The notes under the pieces were generated by a model. It made no database searches. It was not told where the DNA came from and saw only the letters and a program-made list of their open reading frames with translations. Positions 55,401-64,000 of a DNA stretch of 64,000 nt are shown here, one piece after another. This DNA comes from Eledone cirrhosa (Eukaryota): assembly GCA_964016885.1 (NCBI GenBank), contig OZ024752.1:43214001-43278000 (forward strand), given 5' to 3'. Position 1 is the first letter of the stretch. The number at the start of each line of letters is the position of its first letter. The position numbers and the translations under genes are program-made.

Positions 55401-55655
55401 AGAATAAAGGAAGGAAGTTTGGGAGAAGAGAAATGGTGGGAGAAGACACAACAACATAAGATAGACAGAAGCGAGGCAACATAGAGTTTACTATATATAT
55501 ATATACATATATATGTATGTGTATAATCTATTATATATATAAATAGTATATATGTATGTGTATAATCTATTCCGCGGTTAACTTACGGGGGTCGATAAAA
55601 TAAAGTACCAGTAATACACTAGTACAATTTCTGGCCTTGTGCCAAAAGTAGAAAC

Positions 55656-55697
<42 letters not shown>

Positions 55698-56056
55698 ATG
55701 TATAATCTATTATATATATATATATGTGTATATATGTATAATATATATATATATATATGTGTGTATGTATTTTATATATATATATATATATGTGTGTGTA
55801 TTTATTATATATATGTATGTATGTATGTGTGTGTGTATAAATTATTATATATAAATATATGTGTATGTATGTGTGCGTGTATAAATTATTATATATATAT
55901 ATATATGTGTGTGTGTGTATAAATTATTATATATGTGTGTATGTATGTGTGAATGTGTGGTGTGTATAAATTATATATATATATATATGTGTGTGTGTAT
56001 AAATTATTATATTAAAAAATATATATATATATATATATATATATAATAATTTATAC

Positions 56057-56096
<40 letters not shown>

Positions 56097-56208
56097 ATTT
56101 ATACACACATACACAAATTCAGAAACGAAATATATATATAGAGAGAGAGAGAGTAGACAACATAGCTATGTAGTTGGTAAACTCTCAAGCTACGCATTTA
56201 TATATTCG

Positions 56209-56249
<41 letters not shown>

Positions 56250-56275
56250 TATATATATATATATATATGTAAGTA

Positions 56276-56324
<49 letters not shown>

Positions 56325-56589
56325 GCGTGTATATATATATACATATATATAAATGCATAGCTTCAGATGGGAACAGGAGGAGAAAACAGGAATTGTGTTG
56401 GAGGAGTTTCTCTTTTATTTAATTATTTTGTTTTCATTTTTTTCCCCCGACCGTCAGCGAACTGACTGCTGTGGGGTGTAGGGCAGTTAAGGAATGTCAG
56501 ATACAATGGCGGGGAGAGAGAAGAACTTAAGAGAGACGAAAAAGAAGAATGGATAACATTACTGACTACTACAGACGATGAAGAGAGGG

Positions 56590-59500
56590 ATAGTAGACAA
56601 CATAGCTATGTTGTTGGTAAAATGTGGAACTACGCTGTTGGCCTGTAAGACAGCCAGGCAGGCAGGGAGAGAGAGAGAGTAGACAACATAGCTATGTAGT
56701 TGGTAAAATGTGGAACTACGCTGTTGGCCTGTAAGACAGACAGTCAGGCAGAGAGAGAGAGTGAGAGTAGACAACATAGCTATGTAGTTGGTAAAATGTG
56801 GAACTACGCTGTTGGCCTGTAAGACAGACAGTCAGGCAGAGAGAGAGAGTGAGAGTAGACAACATAGCTATGTAGTTGGTAAAATGTGGAACTACGCTGT
56901 TGGCCTGTAAGACAGACAGTCAGGCAGAGAGAGAGAGTGAGAGTAGACAACATAGCTATGTAGTTGGTAAAATGTGGAACTACGCTGTTGGCCTGTAAGA
57001 CAGACAGTCAGGCAGAGAGAGAGAGTGAGAGTAGACAACATAGCTATGTTGTTGGTAAAATGTGGAACTACGCTGTTGGCCTGTAAGACAGACAGTCAGG
57101 CAGGCAGGGAGAGAGAGAGAGAGAGAGAGAGTAGACAACATAGCTATGTTGTTGGTAAAATGTGGAACTACGCTGTTGGCCTGTAAGACAGACAGTCAGG
57201 CAGAGAGAGAGAGTGAGAGTAGACAACATAGCTATGTTGTTGGTAAAATGTGGAACTACGCTGTTGGCCTGTAAGACAAACAGCCAGGCAGGTAGGGAGA
57301 GAGAGAGAGAGAGAGAGTAGACAACATAGCTATGTTGTTGGTAAAATGTGGAACTACGCTGTTGGCCTGTAAGACAGACAGTCAGGCAGGGAGAGAGAGT
57401 AGACAACATAGCTATGTTGTTGGTAAAATGTGGAACTACGCTGTTGGCCTGTAAGACAAACAGCCGGGCAGGTAGGGAGAGAGAGAGAGAGAGAGTAGAC
57501 AACATAGCTATGTAGTTGGTAAAATGTGGAACTACGCTGTTGGCCTGTAAGACAGACAGTCAGGCAGAGAGAGAGAGTGAGAGTAGACAACATAGCAATG
57601 TTGTTGGTAAAATGTGGAACTACGCTGTTGGCCTGTAAGACAGACAGTCAGGCAGGGAGAGAGAGAGAGAGTAGACAACATAGCTATGTTGTTGGTAAAA
57701 CGTGGAACTACGCTGTTGGCCTGTAAGACAGCTAGGCAGACAGGGAGAGAGAGAGTAGACAACATAGCTATGTTGTTGGTAAAATGTGGAACTACGCTGT
57801 TGGCCTGTAAGACAGCTAGGCAGACAGGGAGAGAGAGAGTAGACAACATAGCTATGTTGTTGGTAAAATGTGGAACTACGCTGTTGGCCTGTAAGACAGT
57901 CAGACAAGCAGGGAGAGAGAGAGAGAGTAGACAACATAGCTATGTTGTTGGTAAAATGTGGAACTACGCTGTTGGCCTGTAAGACAGACAGTCAGGCAGA
58001 GAGAGAGAGTGAGAGATAGTAGACAACATAGCTATATTGTTGGTAAAATGTGGAACTACGCTGTTGGCCTGTAAGACAGCTAGGCAGACAGAGAGAGAGA
58101 GAGTAGACAACATAGCTATGTTGTTGGTAAAATGTGGAACTACGCTGTTGGCCTGTAAGACAGCTAGGCAGACAGGGAGAGAGAGAGTAGACAACATAGC
58201 TATGTTGTTGGTAAAATGTGGAACTACGCTGTTGGCCTGTAAGACAGTCAGACAAGCAGGGAGAGAGAGAGAGAGAGAGTAGACAACATAGCTATGTTGT
58301 TGGTAAAATGTGGAACTACGCTGTTGGCCTGTAAGACAGACAGTCAGGCAGGGAGAGAGAGAGAGAGTAGACAACATAGCTATGTTGTTGGTAAAATGTG
58401 GAACTACGCTGTTGGCCTGTAAGACAAACAGCCAGGCAGGGAGAGAGAGAGAGAGAGAGTAGACAACATAGCTATGTTGTTGGTAAAATGTGGAACTACG
58501 CTGTTGGCCTGTAAGACAGACAGACAGTCAGGCAGGGAGAGAGAGAGAGAGAGAGTAGACAACATAGCTATATTGTTGGTAAAATGTGGAACTACGCTGT
58601 TGGCCTGTAAGATAGACAGTCAGGCAGGCAGGGAGAGAGTGAGAGTAGACAACATAGCTATGTTGTTGGTAAAATGTGGAACTACGCTGTTGGCCTGTAA
58701 GACAGACAGTCAGGCAGGGAGAGAGAGAGAGAGTAGACAACATAGCTATGTTGTTGGTAAAATGTGGAACTACGCTGTTGGCCTGTAAGACAGACAGCCA
58801 GGCAGAGAGAGAGAGATAGAGAGAGAGTAGACAACATAGCTATGTTGTTGGTAAAATGTGGAACTACGCTGTTGGCCTGTAAGACAGACAGTCAGGCAGG
58901 GAGAGAGAGAGAGAGTAGACAACATAGCTATGTAGTTGGTAAAATGTGGAACTACGCTGTTGGCCTGTAAGACAGACAGCCAGGCAGGGAGAGAGAGAGA
59001 GTAGACAACATAGCTATGTTGTTGGTAAAATGTGGAACTACGCTGTTGGCCTGTAAGACAGACAGTCAGGCAGAGAGAGAGAGATAGAGAGAGAGTAGAC
59101 AACATAGCTATGTTGTTGGTAAAATGTGGAACTACGCTGTTGGCCTGTAAGACAGACAGTCAGGCAGAGAGAGAGAGAGATAGAGAGAGAGTAGACAACA
59201 TAGCTATGTTGTTGGTAAAATGTGGAACTACGCTGTTGGCCTGTAAGACAGACAGTCAGGCAGAGAGAGAGAGATAGAGAGAGAGTAGACAACATAGCTA
59301 TGTTGTTGGTAAAATGTGGAACTACGCTGTTGGCCTGTAAGACAGACAGTCAGGCAGAGAGAGAGAGATAGAGAGAGAGTAGACAACATAGCTATGTTGT
59401 TGGTAAAATGTGGAACTACGCTGTTGGCCTGTAAGACAGACAGTCAGGCAGAGAGAGAGAGATAGAGAGAGAGTAGACAACATAGCTATGTTGTTGGTAA

Positions 59501-60540
59501 AATGTGGAACTACGCTGTTGGCCTGTAAGACAGACAGTCAGGCAGAGAGAGAGAGATAGAGAGAGAGTAGACAACATAGCTATGTTGTTGGTAAAATGTG
59601 GAACTACGCTGTTGGCCTGTAAGACAGACAGTCAGGCAGGGAGAGAGAGAGAGAGTAGACAACATAGCTATATTGTTGGTAAAATGTGGAACTACGCTGT
59701 TGGCCTGTAAGACAGACAGTCAGGCAGGGAGAGAGAGAGAGAGAGAGAGAGTAGACAACATAGCTATGTTGTTGGTAAAATGTGGAACTACGCTGTTGGC
59801 CTGTAAGACAGACAGTCAGGCAGGGAGAGAGAGAGAGAGAGTAGACAACATAGCTATGTTGTTGGTAAAATGTGGAACTACGCTGTTGGCCTGTAAGACA
59901 GACAGCCAGGCAGGGAGAGAGAGATAGAGAGAGAGAGTAGACAACATAGCTATGTAGTTGGTAAAATGTGGAACTACGCTGTTGGCCTGTAAGACAGACA
60001 GTCAGGCAGGGAGAGAGAGAGTAGACAACATAGCTATGTTGTTGGTAAAATGTGGAACTACGCTGTTGGCCTGTAAGACAGACAGCCAGGCAGGGAGAGA
60101 GAGATAGAGAGAGAGAGTAGACAACATAGCTATATTGTTGGTAAAATGTGGAACTACGCTGTTGGCCTGTAAGACAGCTAGGCAGACAGGGAGAGAGAGA
60201 GTAGACAACATAGCTATGTTGTTGGTAAAATGTGGAACTACGCTGTTGGCCTGTAAGACAGACAGCCAGGCAGGCAGGGAGAGAGCGAGAGAGAGAGTAG
60301 ACAACATAGCTATATTGTTGGTAAAATGTGGAACTACGCTGTTGGTCTGTAAGACAGACAGTCAGGCAGGGAGAGAGAGATAGAGAGAGAGTAGACAACA
60401 TAGCTATGTTGTTGGTAAAATGTGGAACTACGCTGTTGGCCTGTAAGACAGACAGTCAGGCAGAGAGAGAGAGAGAGAGAGTAGACAACATAGCTATGTT
60501 GTTGGTAAAATGTGGAACTACGCTGTTGGCCTGTATGACA
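56590..60540. repeat. Minisatellite array, ~82-96-bp unit with (GA)n, about 45 copies
   Basis: Unit gtagacaacatagctatgttgttggtaaaatgtggaactacgctgttggcctgtaagacagacagtcaggca(g)(ga)n. Confidence 0.98.
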
Positions 60541-60804
60541 GTGATGAAAGACAGGCGAAGAGATTCATGGAAGAAGAATAACGGAACGAAACAAAATAAC
60601 ATCATTATTTATATACTAATAAAATTAAGTACCAGTTATTGCTGGCCTTGTGCCTAATATAGAATAAATTATTTATATACTAATAGACTTTTAGCTAGAG
60701 AAGGTTTTTTTCTTTAATTCAAAACAAGACTACATTGATTAATTGACGAAACGAAGATTTCAAAAATCTACGCACATTTCTCTCTCTCTCCCATAAATAA
60801 ATAA

Positions 60805-60840
<36 letters not shown>

Positions 60841-61643
60841 GCACAAACACATATTTATATCGACATACGATCTCGCGCTCTACCAAACATACCAATACAA
60901 GGGAAAGTTTTCATGGCTTTGGCATAGCTGAAGAGTCTACCAGGTCGTTTGTTTGGTAAGTTTTCTATGGCTAAATGCCCTTCCTAACGCTAATCGCTTT
61001 ACAGAGTGTACTGGGTGCAAAAGCCTTGTTTCAGGGGGGTACCAGGGGTCAAGTCACCCACTTTTTCAAACGTCTATATTTTATTTTTTCTTTATTTGAT
61101 ATAATTGTTTCTACTTTAGGCACAAGGCCAGCAATTATCCCAGTGCATTACTGGTACTTTATTTTATCGACCCCGTAAGGATGAAAGGCAAAGTCAACCT
61201 CGGCAGGATTTGAACTTTATTTGATATAATAAATTCTTTTAACCTTATTTTTTTATATCTGAACTTTATTTGGATATATAGTATTTAATTAGCGTAACAT
61301 TTTCCTTATGTGATAGGGTCTGGGAAAGGCACCGTAAGTAATACTAACATGCTCCAACAAATTTTGACTGGGTGCATATATCGTGTAGTTCCCCAACACT
61401 AGTGAGGTTAGCATGTCCGTGACACAACTAAAAGTTCTCTTGATTTACCATAGCACCAGCCCTAAAAAGGTTACCATTGACTCAGTTGACGTCACAGTGC
61501 TGCCAAGTATGGGGAAATTTTACAGGGTGAGGATAATGGATGGGATGGTTGGTACATCTGGCAGAGTGGGAGAGATGACTGGCGTGTGTCAGATTTGAGG
61601 AAGATGGGTATCTAGAGCAGGTGTGGAGGAGAGCTTCTTATTA

Positions 61644-61800
61644 CGAAGATGGTTGGATGACATCCATGAGCTTCGCTGGTTATGCTTGGGGATCCAGCCA
61701 GATCAGTTGGAGACAATTGCTTCTGACAGGACCCGCTGGAGGGAGTGTTTGAGGACTCTGCCCCCACGACCCTCTCAAGAATAAGTGGGCATAGAAGAAA
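61644..61800 (+). mobile_element. 3' end of another RTE-like LINE
   Basis: Translates RWLDDI..LGI...IASDRTRWR...PPRPSQE*, typical of RTE C-termini. Confidence 0.55.
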
Positions 61801-61842
61801 AAGGGTAACTAGACTAGAGTGAGAAGATAGGTTTGGAACCCT

Positions 61843-62080
61843 GTTTTCATGTTCAGAGCTGCTGAAGCTTGGAATAAACTACCTGTATCAGTTGTTAGCT
61901 GTCAGGACACTGCATCCTTCAAAACTTCCATGCTTCCCTCCCAAAATTCGCCAACACTACATCTGATACCCCCCCCCCCCATACATACGCACACACGTAT
62001 GTGTATTTCTCTGTGTATATCATTACTCATACACTGTTCAATCACCTGAGCACCGTACAAAATAATTTTCATTATTATTA
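61843..62080 (+). mobile_element. CR1-type LINE 3' fragment
   Basis: EAWNKLPVSVVSCQDTASFK and the same 3'UTR/tail as 42360-42710. Confidence 0.75.
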
Positions 62081-62083
62081 TAT

Positions 62084-62668
62084 AGGGTCGGACGCCATGC
62101 TTTGACGTATGGAGTTACGGCCCTTGCCATTCTGAGTTCAAATCCCGCCGAGGTTAACTTTGCCTTTTATCCTTACGGGGTCGATAAAATAAAGTACCAG
62201 TAATGCACTGGGTATTGCTGGCCTTGTGCCTAACGTAGAAACAATTATTATTATATTGGCAGAATATAATAATTGTTTCAACTTTTGGCACAAGGCCAGC
62301 AATACCCAGTGCATTACTGGTACTTTATTTTATCGACCCCGTAAGGATGAAAGGCAAAGTTAACCTCGGCGGGATTTGAACTCAGAATGGCAAGGGCCGT
62401 AACTCTAAGCGTCAAAGCATGGCGTCCGACCCTCTACCGATACTGCCAATGCACCGCCATTTGTAATAATAATAATTATTATTATTGGATTGGTATCGGT
62501 AACGCATCAGACATCATGCTTTGCAGCATAGAGTTACGTCCCTTTATGTTCTGAGTTCAAATCCCGCCGAGGTTAACTTTGCCTTTCATCCTTACGGGAG
62601 TCGATAAAATAAAGTACCAGTAATGCACTGGGTATTTGCTGGCCTTGTGCCTAAAGTAGAAACAATTA
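62084..62668. mobile_element. Three Meta-type SINEs in alternating orientation (+,-,+)
   Basis: 62084-62253 (+), 62268-62458 (-) and 62485-62668 (+), highly similar to each other. Partial copies also at ~55576-55660 (+) and ~61103-61216 (-). Confidence 0.9.
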
Positions 62669-62866
62669 TATTATTTTTATATTAATCTTCAACTAATATT
62701 ATTTTTCTGCCAGTTCATACCTGAATATTTTACCTTTAATAATGAAATATGTTAGTCATCACCATACTTGACTAATTACCATGTACTGTACAACCCATAT
62801 AATTAATAACTCAGTATTTCTATTATTTTATGACAGTTAAAGGTATAATTTATTTTGAGTATTTAA

Positions 62867-64000
62867 ATCATCATCATCATCATCATCACCGTTTTACGTC
62901 CGTTCTTCCACGCTAGCATGGGTTAGACGGGTTGTCCTGTTGTGGGCAGTGTCTGGTCGGCTGACCATGCCTTGCTCATACAGGAACTGATCTGGCTTGA
63001 TTTCTACAGCTGGATGCCCTTCCTAACACCAACCTCATTTACAGTGAGTGCTGGGTGCTTTTTCGTGGCGCCTACACGTCCACTTTACAGTGTGGGCTGG
63101 GTGCTTTTTTGCCGTGGCACCTCCACGACCACCTTGCGGTGGGGGGGGGGGGGGCATATTGTTTATATGCTTCAGCATGTACCCATGGGAGGTCGGGTAC
63201 CCTGTATTACTGCGTGACGCCAGAAGTCACGGTCGTGTGTCATTGACTTTGAGAGGTGTAGTTGGGTAAGGTCGGCTTTTATCACCTCATCCCAAGTCAT
63301 CTTGGGTCTCCCCACTCCGCGGTTTCCATCAACTTCTAGTGCTCTGCACCTTTTTATGCAGCTGTCATCCTTCATACGCATCACATGTCCATACCAGCGT
63401 AACCGCCTCTCCTGCACGCAGCATTTGATTCCTCTTATGCTCAGTCTCTCTCTCAATTCATTTATGCTTTGTCGTTCACGTATATTACTGTTACACATCC
63501 ATCGGAGCATGCAGGCTTCGTTTCTCTCTAATCTACGTAAGTCTTCCACCTTCAGCGCCCAGGTCTCACTACCATGCAACATCGCTGTTCGGATACACGC
63601 ATCATACAGTCTGCCTTTCATTCTGAGGGAGAAGCCTTTTGCAGCTAGCAGTGGTAGTAGTTCCCTAAACTTCTTCCATCCCGTTCTTACCCTAGTTATT
63701 GTACTTTCTGAGCACCCACCTCCGTTGCTAATTCGGTCACCTAGGTAGCAGAAGCTGTCTACTGTTTCTACAGGGCCCTCCCAGAGATTGGTGGTACTTG
63801 TTTCCTGTGGCTGTTTGCTTGCTGTTTCAGCACAGCTGCTGCATGTGAATCCTACATTCTTAATTAAGCTTCCTGAGATCCCGCTACATCTCTTGTGTAC
63901 CCATTGTTTGCATTTGGGGCAAAGAATGGAGTTCCTACCTACACCTTTCCTACATACTGAGCAAGGCCATTTCCCTGAGGGGATCTGGGTTCTGTTTTCT
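62867..64000 (-). mobile_element. RTE-clade LINE, 3' part, running off the window end; ORF open from 63999 to 63172
   Basis: Manual translation: ...WPCSVCRKGVGRNSILCPKCKQWVHKRCSG...FTCSSC...VETVDSFCYLGD...GWKKFRELLPLL...MLHGSETW...RRLRWYGHVMRM...GRPKMTWDE...DRDFWR. The 3'UTR ends in a (TGA)n tail at 62867-62888. Confidence 0.92.

Noticed and set aside
56590-60540. CRISPR-like appearance (constant palindromic repeat with variable spacer)
   Set aside because: The spacers are only GACA/(GA)n length variants, not unique sequences. No cas genes are present and the context is eukaryotic.

Overview
AT-rich, microsatellite-saturated metazoan genomic DNA; the SINE/LINE repertoire points to an octopod cephalopod (inference). 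It is not prokaryotic and contains no CRISPR array. There are two real, convergent protein-coding regions: (i) the large terminal coding exon (663-3460, +) of a Suv4-20/KMT5B-type H4K20 methyltransferase whose SET domain lies upstream of the window, and (ii) an intronless 1250-aa CDS (48887-52639, -) with an N-terminal CD20/MS4A-like four-TM domain and a long disordered PPxY-bearing tail (ENTREP/FAM189-like). Nearly all other ORFs in the track are artefacts of (TA/TG/CA)n microsatellites or tandem arrays. The rest holds a young 5'-truncated CR1-type LINE, RTE LINE pieces (one with an intact ORF carrying a PHD-type zinc finger inside the RT region), two tRNA-derived SINE families, TTAA-flanked MITEs, foldback elements, and three large minisatellite arrays built from a conserved core plus an embedded microsatellite. 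The most interesting signal is a family of short elements in (TA)n tracts that carry type I hammerhead ribozyme motifs with co-varying stems and usually occur as locus-specific inverted pairs (Penelope-like pLTR or retrozyme-like).
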